Source: Paecilomyces variotii (taxonomy: Eukaryota). From it: a stretch of 64,000 nucleotides of DNA. The stretch lies in assembly GCA_004022145.1 (NCBI GenBank), contig RCNU01000002.1, one strand, 5' to 3'. The position numbers and the translations under genes are program-made. Below, in pieces: positions 47,397-58,623 of this stretch. Below the pieces are notes generated by a model. That model was given only the letters and a program-made list of their open reading frames with translations. It was not told the origin of the DNA and did not search any database. Every line of letters begins with the position of its first letter. Position 1 is the stretch's first letter.

Positions 47397-48581
47397 TTAC
47401 TCATCGTCATCGTCGTAACCGTCGTCAGAATCAAAAAGCTCCTCATCATTGACACCAGCAGCGTCACTGATCGCGATAAGTCGTTGGAGTGTCCATTGCA
47501 TTTGCAAGAGTTCTATAGATGGGAGAGGCTTGCTTTGTGGATCATCGGTGGTCAATGTAAATGTATCTCCGGAGCAAAGTTTTGTTTCTGACAGACCATC
47601 GAAGAGTCTTGCATGCCTTGGGCCTGAGTCCAATATTGCATGGAGATACGGGCGTGCCGTGATTCTCATATTTTTCGTGAAATCTCGACTCTGTAACCAG
47701 AAGAAACGAATTTTAAGCGACTTTTTATCTTCCCTCATGCTTAGAGGCTGAAGGGCAAATCGAGCCCTCCCCCATAGTCTGTGCGCATTGGGACACAGTG
47801 TTAATAAATTCTGACAGACTTCTATTCCGTCATCTCCAAAGATCTGCCGCTTCCATTCATTTATTCTGTCTTCTGTCCAAAAAACCGACAAAATGCTCCA
47901 GAAGATGAAGTGCTCTTGACCGGCCGGCCTACTTATAGCGAAGGGAAGGATATGGCAGACCTCAATGGGTTCGCCTGCTTCTGTAATAATACAAGACTTT
48001 TGATCTTTTTCTAGGCACTGTTCATTGTTAGCAAATCTTCTCACAAATCCGCAATAAATGGGAAGGGTCCCAGTATGAGGAGTAAGGTAAAATACAAGCT
48101 TACCAGCTTTTTTACGGCCTTCGAATGTTTGGATGGTGTGACGACTTCTGATGAAGTGACTTCTTCCGATGATATTTGTCCTATTCTTCGTTTCCTAGGA
48201 GTCTACGGAGTATCTGGGGTGGAGTCATCATCATCGTCGCTCTTTTTTCTGCCTCGCGCAGTCCCTGAATACCAGATTATTATTTACCAAGGAGATGTAT
48301 TTTTGATAATATGAAAGAAATAGTTGGCACTTACAGGATCTTAAAGCCTGGACACTCTGGGAACCGACAAGGAGGTTAATAATAAGATTAGTAGTAAGTC
48401 CTGTCCGTGACTCATGAACCGCATCAACAATCTCCTGGAGGCGTTCCATATCCGAGAACCAAAGACAGGACCAAGTAGCACTGTCTACCGTGCTTATTCC
48501 AGTTAAGATGCTAATCTCTTCAATGAGTTCAGCTCTTCCTGTCTCATTAATCTCCGGGGCAATCTCCAAAGTGGTATCCAT
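47397..48581 (-). pseudogene. Fungal HNH-endonuclease-domain (HNH_2-like) gene with one premature stop
   Basis: Exons 48581-48335, 48264-48104 and 48017-about 47400 splice in phase. Exon 3 reads CLEKDQKSCIIT...EVCHILP...QNLLTLCPNAHRLWG...PLPSIELLQMQW. Exon 2 has an in-frame TAG at 48203-48205 (TPDTP*TPRKRR). The 3' end may continue through another intron. Confidence 0.72.
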
Positions 48582-49417
48582 AACTGAGTTATAAAATAAA
48601 AATAGCGTGGACAGTTCAAGAGACGAGAATGGCTGGTCTGGTTTGACTGCTTAAAGAGTAAATCTGATGAAGAAAGACTCCGAACTTAACGAGGCTGATG
48701 AGGAACTTGATAAAAACAAAGGAGCTTAATTATCTAACGCTTGGTAGGGCATTCTGGTGATTGATAGTCAAGGCGTTGTTATAGAGGAAGAAGGCTAAGT
48801 TTATGCTAATGCTATCTGGGAGGTCCAGAGTTTGATATATACGCTATATTTAACTACTAGTCCTAATTGGGATTCCGAATAGTATGTCCACGGGTGAAGT
48901 CTGCGCCAGACAGTGAATTCCTAACAGCGCGAACAATATGATATGGGTCTGTCTGGTCGGAAGGTATAAGGCTGAAATTATTGGTGTCTGATTGTGTGCA
49001 CTGATCAATTGTCGATGACAAGGAATGTACTTAGTAGATATTGTCTGGTCTTCGGAAGCTAGATGAAATGGCCCGAGATACTTGTAAAGCCCGCATACCT
49101 AATTGAGCAAATTGCATGAAAAAGCAATTCCTCGAAGAAGAATAGATGGATTAGCTGTGTCTATTTCACACTTACAGGGGTACAGGTACTGTAAATCCGT
49201 TTGCAGGCTCCTCCTAAACTGGCCCCCTTTGTTACCCAGCCCCGCCTCTCATGCCTTTGACAAACACTCCAGTCCTCTTAGGTTTTTTACCAAGGTGGAC
49301 TTTCATCCTCCTCCTTCTCCTTCATCATCATACTGCTTGGAGACTCTCTTGTCTGTCAGCAGACAGAGTAATTTAAAGACCAAATTATGCCAATGTTCTC
49401 CTGATTCGACCCACAAG

Positions 49418-51773
49418 ATGGATATCCATGACGTCTCGCAAGAATCTGAATACCTGCAACTCCTGCAGAGGCAAAAGAAAACTCTTCAGAATGCCCAGTC
49501 TCGCAAAGGTCAGGCTCACAAGCCGACCAAGTCGCGCAACGAGATCATAATGCAGTTTATGTTTCACCACATGATGAGCAATAACAGAGCCGTGCGCGCT
49601 ATCCGATCCTCTTTTCTGCCACCCGCCTACTACCCCTCTGTTGCAGCCTCAAGTGAGCTGAAGAAAGCTCTAATCAAAGATCTCACCCTTGAGACTCATC
49701 ATCGTGGTTCGTACATTCTGGTGAGAGCAGTTACGCCGACTCACAGAATGACTGCGATCATGGCCGTGGTGGAGGATGAGAGAGGGGATGTTTTCGTGCT
49801 GCAGCTGTACAACCAGGAAAAGGATCTTGCTACTGATGGCCGGCTCGTTGAAGGAACAGTAATGCTTATAAAAGAGCCTTACTTGAAGATTATGGCTGAT
49901 GGAAATTGTGGTCTGCGAGTTGACCATCTCTCCGATATTAGGTTCATCCCGGAGTATGACCCTTTGGTGCCGTCGGTATGGAGAGGTCGGCCGGAAGATC
50001 ATGCCTCTGCCATGTTCTGGAAGACAAAAGGAAATGGACTCTTTGACAAGGCTGCGTATTATCTCGCTATTGACTGGTGCGTTGGATGGATGATGATAGT
50101 GAGAAGACAAGCTGACTGGGATGAAGCTACTCCAAAGCTCTAGATTCCTCCCCGACTCTCGAGGAAGACATTACCATCAGGCTTAATCGTGCTCTGACTT
50201 GCCTCAAAACTCACCAGTTCGACGCAGCCCTTCGTGATGTCGAGCTGGCCTTGGCAAACGACGACTCCTTAGAGAAAGCCTTGTTTCGTAAATCCCAGGC
50301 CCTTTACTACCTCCACAGATTCGAAGAATCCTGTGAAGTTCACAAAGTGCTCAGCAAGGCCTACCCAAATAACACCTCTGCTAAAAGTGAGTTCAATCGG
50401 GCTACCGCACGACTCGCGGAGGGACGGAGTGGCAAGTATCCGTTCAGACAACTACAACGAGAGGCAACAAAATGTCGCCCTCCCCGTCTTGACCGTGCGA
50501 CATACATTGGCCCTGTCTCAGTGAGGTCCACAGAGTCTCATGGACGTGGTCTATTTACGACAGAGGCGGTCCGGGCGGGTGACCTGCTCTTTTGCGAAAA
50601 GGCCTTTGCACATGCTTTCCATGACGAGGCTGGCGATTCGAGTGATCTTTCGCTCTTGATGAACCTCGAAACACAGACTATGACAATGGGCACACAAGCA
50701 GAACTGATCAGCCTTGTTGTGCAAAAATTGTATAAGAACCCGTCTTTAATGTCAACTTTCACTGATCTGTACCACGGCTCATATACCCCGGTGGGTATCT
50801 CCGAGGTCGACGGTATAACTGTCGTTGATACGTAAGTACTACTATATACCAGGCCAATATCAAACCGACTAATGTTGTCAGATTCCTGGTCGAGCGAATA
50901 GTGTCCCTTAATTGTTTCGGCTGCCCGGTCTCTTCGCGTGCATCCCACATATGCACCATTAACAGCAAGGCGCATGAAGAAACAACTGACAAGCAATTTC
51001 ATTCCTGCGGTATCTGGCCTCTCGCATCCTACATCAATCACTCCTGCTACTCCAACGTTCGCCGTTCATTTATTGGGGACATGATGGTGGTTCGCGCCAC
51101 GCGGGATCTCCCTGCAAATACTGAGCTCACGTTCTGCTACAAAGCACCCTTGGACCATGACACTAAGATAAAACACCTGGATCTACAACACTGGGGATTC
51201 CAATGCAGCTGTGCCATCTGTCAGGATCTCCATGAAACGGGGAGTAGTGATTTAACAAAGCGGAAAAGACTCACGGCTGACTTGGCGAAGGCCTTCAAGT
51301 CTCTGTCCCGCACCCGGAGACACAGTGCTGCGGTCGCAGAAATCGAAGGTATTATTGATACGTTTGAGAAGACATATCGTCAGCCATCTTTGGAAGTGCC
51401 TCGTCTCGGGATCTGGAACGCATACTTGTCCTTGGCGGCAGTGCACGCCACGGGCAGTCAGCCGCGGAAAGCTATTGAATTTGCGTTCAGAACGTTGGAG
51501 TCGCTGGGCTACATAATTGAAGGTGGGCGACTTCCGCATACATCTGGCATGATGTTACTTGTCAGGAGATGGGGCTTGTTGATGGATGGTCTTGTCGGGT
51601 GCTGGATGATCCTTTGCCGAGTGTATTGCGATGTAGCAGCCGACCTGGCTGATCAAGCGGAAGACTATGCGAGAACAACCTATAGGATGTGTGTTGGTGA
51701 GGATGAGACGTTTGGGGATACCTACAGTCGGTTCTCAGACCGGGTCGACGGGCTTATTGTGGGCGTGAAATAG
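49418..51773 (+). CDS. TPR + SET domain protein (SMYD-like lysine methyltransferase), about 751 aa
   Basis: Exons 49418-50076, 50127-50831 and 50882-51773. TPR helices WKTKGNGLF...AIDCYSKAL...LNRA...EKALFRKSQALY. SET motifs HGRGLFTT..VRAGDLL.CEKA, ASYINHSCYSN and ELTFCY, plus post-SET WGFQCSCAIC. Confidence 0.88.
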
Positions 51774-53289
51774 GTCTATGAATCTCGGATTGGATATGGG
51801 CAAAAACATCATTTCAGAAAGTACAGAGACATAAATAGTGGAGATAATTTTCCAGGAGGCCCAGACACAATAGATTGACACTAAATTTAATTATCCACTG
51901 CTGGTCCTTATCAACATAAATAAAATCCACATGCACGTCTCGGATCTGCCGATATTTAGCACAACAGGCTATTTGCATTGATAGATTACTGAAGAGCATA
52001 TAATGAGCGTTAGCCCGTCCACCTCATCGCGAAGTCACACATATTCGAATTCTTCATGGTCCTCTCAAAACCAAGTCCTTCGATCTGTTGAAGTCCGTCT
52101 GGTTGCCGCAAATAGGGTTGCAGCCCAAAGCCCTGCCAACAGTCTCACACTTTGAATTAGTCCCCCAAGAACAGATGAAGAACTGCAGACAACGGAGAAA
52201 CATAAACAACATCCGAGCATGCTTCCGGATGAAAAAACGAGGATCGTGGGAGCTATAGAACATCTCGAAACCAACACAGAGTTTATTGATATTCCCCCGC
52301 AGCTAACGAAGGAGCGTGGTACTGGTAAAGGTATAGTTCTGGCACTCCACATGCTGGAGATGGTAAAATGTAGCTGGTGGAGTTGGCACGAATGGAACTG
52401 GATTATCAACGGCATTAAACACAGACTGGGACACCTAGTTCTATTTCTGAATGGAACCTACAGTGCAAAAAGACACCGCAGCTTTATATACAATAATGCT
52501 TATATCACTACGGCAGGGTTGTGACTGAGGCCACTACCTACGAGCTCCTATATCCGCGCAACTCCTTATCTAATGCGAGTGCTCACTTCCGCAATGATGC
52601 TTTTTCCCACTAATAACTCTTGCGCTATATAATTTGTATGGAATCAGAAACGGAGATGCCTAATTTGAGAAGGGCTTCAGGTTAGTATTTCCTTGCAAGT
52701 GCTAGGGCCAGGATGTGAACACACTTACTTTTTTGAAATATTGATGTCTTAGCATATGTCCCATTCCAGGCTGTGTATAAATCTAGGAATATTCTGTGTT
52801 TTTTAGGAGAACAGAGTCTATTTTCTCCAGGTCACATCAAGGAAGAACTTATACCAACAGACCATTCTGATTAAAGCAGGATGTAGGTTCTATCTGCAGC
52901 TCCTCCATGTAGAGGTGAGAAGATGAGCTCCATAAAGTATAGTGAACGCTGCTGTGCCTGGCTGGTGGACACTGCCGTGATATAGCAGCAGGCTCTTGCT
53001 CATACAGTTTATGTCTAGAGGACTATACCGCCTAACTCCGTGTGTATTCAACTTAACATGGCCTGACCATTGTGTTTATCTCCGGAAGAACTTGCTCCGG
53101 TATCTGCAGTCTCGTGAGCGCGTCCTCTTTATCCTCTCTTCTACATTCTCCCCTTCTCGTCATCACCGTCTTACGCCTGCATCTCCCTAACGTCGCTCGT
53201 TAATCGTTTTCATCCACTCTTTCATCGAATCTCACGTCTAACCATCGTTTTGACATTGCTAAATGCCCTTTTGAAGAGATAAAGTCAAT

Positions 53290-55274
53290 ATGCATACTCA
53301 TCTCTTCATGGGACTCCTCTTGGCCTTGCTTGCCAGTCTTGGTTCAGGAGGCAGGGTCTCTAAGTGGTAGGTTATTTGCTGCTATCATCTCTTTCTCTAT
53401 AAGGACCTTCATTCTTCTTTATATGGCATTTGCTCTATGGGTAGTGCAACCTTCCACTTTTCTCTCGGGAGTACTCATTCAGATAATGTGTCCACTGTGG
53501 ACATACTCGGCTGTTGGGCCAGAAAACGAGATCTGAATCTCTATGTTGTTGAGAAACACCTGTAGCATCAAACTCTTGGGTTCTGTGTATCACTAACTCT
53601 ATATTCTGCAGGTCACTAGCACACAACTGGAACACTACTAGCACTGACTTCTTGATGGACACATCCACTTCAATTCACAATATGTCTCTTGCTGCCCCCG
53701 TTGTTCTTACTCATGTTGCTACGCTTGTCGAAACGGTCACGCTCACTAGTCCTGTCACTGTCACAGCCATGACTACAGTTACAGGCACTATTACCTTCCC
53801 TCCTGATACGGTATATGTGACTCTGACTGTGGTCGACCCTACTTTGGGCTGCATCATTTCTTTACCTGCAGCACAAGACACCGTCACAGAGGTTCCACAC
53901 ATCGGTTCTCATAGCGAGACCTCGACCTCGACCTCGTCTGATGAGGATTACACAGTGACAAGCTTTTTCACCTCTACTGAGACAATTCAAGTCATTTCTG
54001 CTCCCAAACTGTCTGCAACTCCTGAGGTGACAAGTGTTCTTCCCTGCAATGGACCGAGCAGTGACCACCACGCTATATCCCAACCCTCGGAGGCTTCCTC
54101 AAGCGATACAGCAGCCGCGTCAACAGAGACCATAACTGTTTGGCCTGTTCCAGAAGAGTCAACGTCGACTCAAGAGACAACGACTAGCGTCACTTCTACC
54201 ATCACAAGTGTCGTTACGAAGACTCGTGCGCCTGTTTCTGAGGCCAGTACGAGCTCTGCCATGAAGTTAGCAACTCTTCGATCCACTGGGCTCAGTACTA
54301 GCTATCAGAATGTGACTTACGCATCGACTGCAAGCTCTCTCTCGGCGTCTATCTTCTCACCTTTCCGTTCTATTATGTCCCTTTCTGTTCCGGCCATCAA
54401 TCGTACCATGCGTGTGAGACATATGCCGAAACGCGAAGCTGATACGTGGATCACTGCAACAATCAATAGAGAGACCGTCTCATGGGGAAAGAAATACAAT
54501 GCCCTGATACCTAGCTGGAGTTCTGTTACTGGAAAGAATCCCGGAGGTCCTGCTATTACCGCTACGGGGACCGTTCCATCTCCCATCAAGATGTCTACAT
54601 CAGCGACAACCTCGACATTCACCCCTACATCCCCGCTGACTCCTTGTGGTGAAGTTGCAGATTTCAAGATTGATGTAGGTGGAAAAATAACTCTCAAGGC
54701 TCGACAGATAACTAACAGTGGACAGTTTGATACACTTCCCGCTCCGCCTGCGCCCGGCCTCTTCCCTCCGATCTTCAGCCCATATAAACATTTCTTCTTC
54801 ACCTCTGGTTGGTATTATGGAGCATCTTATGGAGGTTACAGTCCGGCCTCCCCTCCATACCTGGCTGTGCACCAGCAATCCCCATCTCTCGGTGCATATG
54901 GTGACGCGGCGTTTTCGGTTGGTCCACGAGTTGCGGATGACAGGTTCTGGTTCAATGCTTCGTCCTTATTCTTCGGCTGCCGCGGTCCAGAATTAGCATA
55001 CTGCGAAGTCAGAATATCCGCATTCAAATATTCACCTCAGGCTGGAACGGAGTACAAGGCTCATGAACACATTTACTTCATCCCAGCGTGTTCTAAGGCT
55101 GAAGATTGTCCATTGCCGCTCCTTGCCCTCAATTCGAAGTTTAAGGGTCTGACTAGCATGGCGTTCAGCGCAACAGTCGCCAATATCTCCGTTCCTTGGG
55201 TGATTGACGACATCCAGCTCGGTTGGTACAACGACACTTGTGCTGCTGGGCAGGTCCGCGCACGCTCTATCTAA
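53290..55274 (+). CDS. Secreted Ser/Thr-rich protein with a Cys-containing C-terminal domain (DUF7371-like, tentative), about 562 aa
   Basis: Signal-peptide exon 53290-53366 (MHTHLFMGLLLALLASLGSG) and intron 53367-53611, in phase with the listed ORF. A second 51-nt in-frame intron at 54675-54725. T/S-rich stalk, then PCGE...FDTLP...PIFSPY..FFF..GW.Y...FWFNASSLFFGC...IDDIQLGWYNDTC. Confidence 0.8.
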
Positions 55275-56864
55275 AGCCGTCTCTTCATCTTGGGATGGTC
55301 CACTTGATGAGTATGCACTGCATTCGCAAAGATCGGAAGAAAAAAAATAATAAAAAAAGTATCGGGGAATGAAAAATGAAATGAAATGCTAAGACTGTTC
55401 AATTTTCGATGGATTGCTTTACTCACGCTTGTCAAATCTTTTATGTCACTACCGGATATGAAAGTGGACTGAGCCTGTATTTCTTCATCGAATGAGAGAA
55501 TGATTTCTGCATGAAAGTGGAGATCTGTTTCTATATTTTAGTTTTCTCAATATTTTTCCTGTTTCGTAGGGGCGCGCCCTGTCTGATCATATGGCTGGGT
55601 ACCTTGTAGGTCTATGGCAATAAATAGAGCGGCGGAAAGCCTTTGGTCCTGACACTTAGGGTCCCGTCTCTTCGCTATCATCCGTTATACGCTCTATAGA
55701 CTGAATATGCCACCAGTGATCAAGAAATGATGGCCTAGTCTATATCCAATATTTTCATATACCTCGGAGATGATTCTTATTAATGGACTGCCACCTTGCC
55801 AAATCGCCCACCTTCCTCTACCATTCCGATCCTAGGTTACGAAGAGACGTCACCTCATCCGCCATGACTCCTCCGGAGATTTTCCAGGAAGCTATCGTTA
55901 AAAGGTGGACCACGTTGAACTACCTCAAGTAGTTCAACCAACACAATACTTTCCGACTCTTTGTTTGCATGATTGAATTTAGTTCTGGCCATACCACGAA
56001 GCTGGATTCTAGGAATGGAGAAAGAGAGCGTATGGGAGTTATAAACAGAGCCGCCTACCATCCTATCAAGCCAAACAGTGACCGAGTCTGGTCGTGGAAG
56101 TCGGCTATCGGGCAGTTCAACGAAAACTCGAATCAATGTTAATTGGTCAACTACAGAATCAGCTGGTGACGTTAAGTCTGTTGTCTCATTTGCAGTCAAC
56201 CCAAGGGTTAAGAGATGACAATTTGACGCTGGCATGGTACGGGGAGACCATATCGAAATGTAAGATCCCAGGATGGTGGGAGAGCTGTGCGGAATGCCAA
56301 TCCAAATCCTCTAGATTCGACCTTCTATCTCTTCGACTTCGACCCTGGGGTCGAGACACATCACTTTCACCGTCAACTAGTTGAAGAAGTTTCCACAAGA
56401 CCTCTAGGAAGTAGAGCTCGAGCCCGGATCAACCAGGGCACGGTGAGTGGTCCACAACTCCAAAAACCTCCGAAGGATGCGTGTTTCGTAAACTATATCT
56501 AAAATATTACTAACTAGAGGCTCTTTCGTTAATGTCGGGTCACAAAGGCGTGCGCACGTGGTCTGTCATATCATACTATTGCATCCATGCCCTTTAGGAT
56601 GCGGCAGTCACATCAAATGGAGTGCCTTTCTAGGAAACCATACACGATCTAGAAAGAAGAACTACATACCTTCCTCACGTCATCCATAATTCTCCGATAT
56701 AGTCTATATATTCTCCGCTATACACCAAACACCTAGCTTTCCACATGAGAGGGCATCCGATCTCAACGGCCTATCAGATTTTCAGGCCTCCCCCTGTAAT
56801 GATGTCAATCATCTCACACATCTCAGACGGAGTCAAACTATAACGAAGGATCTATGAGGAGACA

Positions 56865-57460
56865 TATCCGTGACTGTTAGCTCACCCACTCCTGCCGTCG
56901 TGGGTGAGCCCTCCCGTATTTTCACTTCCTACCGTATTTGCACTAAAATTCTTAGGTACCTTTTATATGGGAACACCATACAAAAGGTACATAAGGCCAA
57001 AAACAGAACATATCTAATTATCTCAATATTTTGTTAGAGGACACCTTTATTTTAACTAATAATATTAAAATTTTATTATTAAATAACTTATATTTAAATT
57101 TTTAAAAAGCTCTAATTAAAAGTGAGAGATATATTGTTATTTAAAGATTTCTCACCAAAAATTTTTTGTATGGGGAAAGTAAAAAAGCAAATGCTTACTT
57201 TAATAATTAAGATTTTACTTTCAAATTAAAGATATAGGTTATTATATTGTATTATTGTATTATTATCAATTAAAATAAAGGTGTCCTCTAACAAAATGTT
57301 GAGATAATTAGATATATTCTGTTTTTGGCCTTATGTACCTTTTGTATGGTGTTCCCATACAAAAGGTACCTAAGAATTTTAGTGCAAATACGGTAGGAAG
57401 TGAAAATACGGGAGGGCTCACCCACGACGGCAGGAGTGGGTGAGCTAACAGTCACGGATA
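56865..57460. mobile_element. MITE (Tc1/mariner/pogo-type) with 197-bp TIRs, 592 bp plus TA target-site duplication
   Basis: 56867-57063 is the reverse complement of 57262-57458 with 5 mismatches and no indels. TA at 56865-66 and 57459-60. The 198-bp spacer is very AT-rich and has no ORF. Confidence 0.95.
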
Positions 57461-58602
57461 ATCTGCAACAGCGGAGTTTGAAGCTTACGGACTACACCTA
57501 GCGTCTACAACCCGAGCCAATCACTGCAGAGCCGCTAAGATAGAGCCTCTTCGTATAAGCAAGACGTCAATCGGTCCGTTAATTATCGAATATTCGATCT
57601 TCTGCTCCCGAGCCTCTACGAATAAACCTATCGCGGTAGAAGAAATGGCAAGCTAAAATCTTACACTCTCGGCTCTTACTACCGCTGAGGCGCCCTACTA
57701 TCCGAAGAAGTAAGCCTGGCTATGTCTATGGCCGAGATTATGCTTATTAACCTTTTAGTTGTAACTAATGTCTCTATTTCCATATACGGACAGAAGTGTG
57801 CTCATGTGCTCCTGCTTAGCCCTGCTACGATAACGCAATCTTCGGGGCAGTGAGATCACGATGGTGAAGTCAGATTGGATTATTGACGATGTCGAATTAC
57901 CTTGATAAGCGATTAGGCAACTGGATAATCCATCCGGATATTATTTTCCTGGCCGAGGCTCTGGGGGGGGAGGTCCGTGAGATGGAAAAGGGCTATGCTG
58001 GAGATCTGCATATTCTTCTTCTATTTTGATTTACATGATTGGATTCAATCAGAAGAAATATCCTCCCAGTACAGTCTCGCTCCTTCTTTCTTTCAAAAAC
58101 TTCACTGGTTAGCAAATACTGATGCCTTCTGTCAGCTGTAGTCCGTGCGTTCTCATGACCATAGAAGATAATATCTCCAACGTACTATAGCCGTCCCAAC
58201 CATGTAAGAGGGAGCCATCCTGCATTACGCTAGAATAAGACACTGAACTAAATATCCAAATAAGAACACACAACTCTAGCCAAAAAAGAAAGCCATGCAG
58301 TATCACCACTCCGATTCAAACAAAGAAAAAAAATAAGCACATTTAGAGCCCATGCATATTACATGAATATCCCTGCACCCTCGGCAAGGCGTATCGGGAT
58401 AAGATGTGGTGGAGTGTGGGAGGCCTTGCAGATCCGAGAGATACGCAAGGATCTGAATCCGTTTTTTTGGCCCCATACTTAAGTACTATCTAACTGACTG
58501 ACTAGTAGGAGATATATCGTCCTTTCCAAATTAAGCTTTCTTTTAAACAATCCCATAATATAGCTCTGGAAATAAAGGGTGCGTGCAAATGGTTAGCGTT
58601 GC

Positions 58603-58623
58603 GATGATGATGATGATGATGAT
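58603..58623. repeat. (GAT)7 microsatellite
   Basis: Directly visible in the sequence. Confidence 0.9.

Noticed and set aside
52160..52524. ORF 52219-52524 and its upstream open frame
   Set aside because: No motif, codon bias or splice support; at best a relic.
55855..56500. Overlapping minus-strand frames resembling a degenerate gene
   Set aside because: Interrupted by stops and frameshifts, with no family assignable by eye.
41993..57460. The two MITEs as ends of one composite transposon or Starship-like element
   Set aside because: The TIR sequences are unrelated, each element has its own TA duplication, and no transposase or tyrosine-recombinase captain gene is present.
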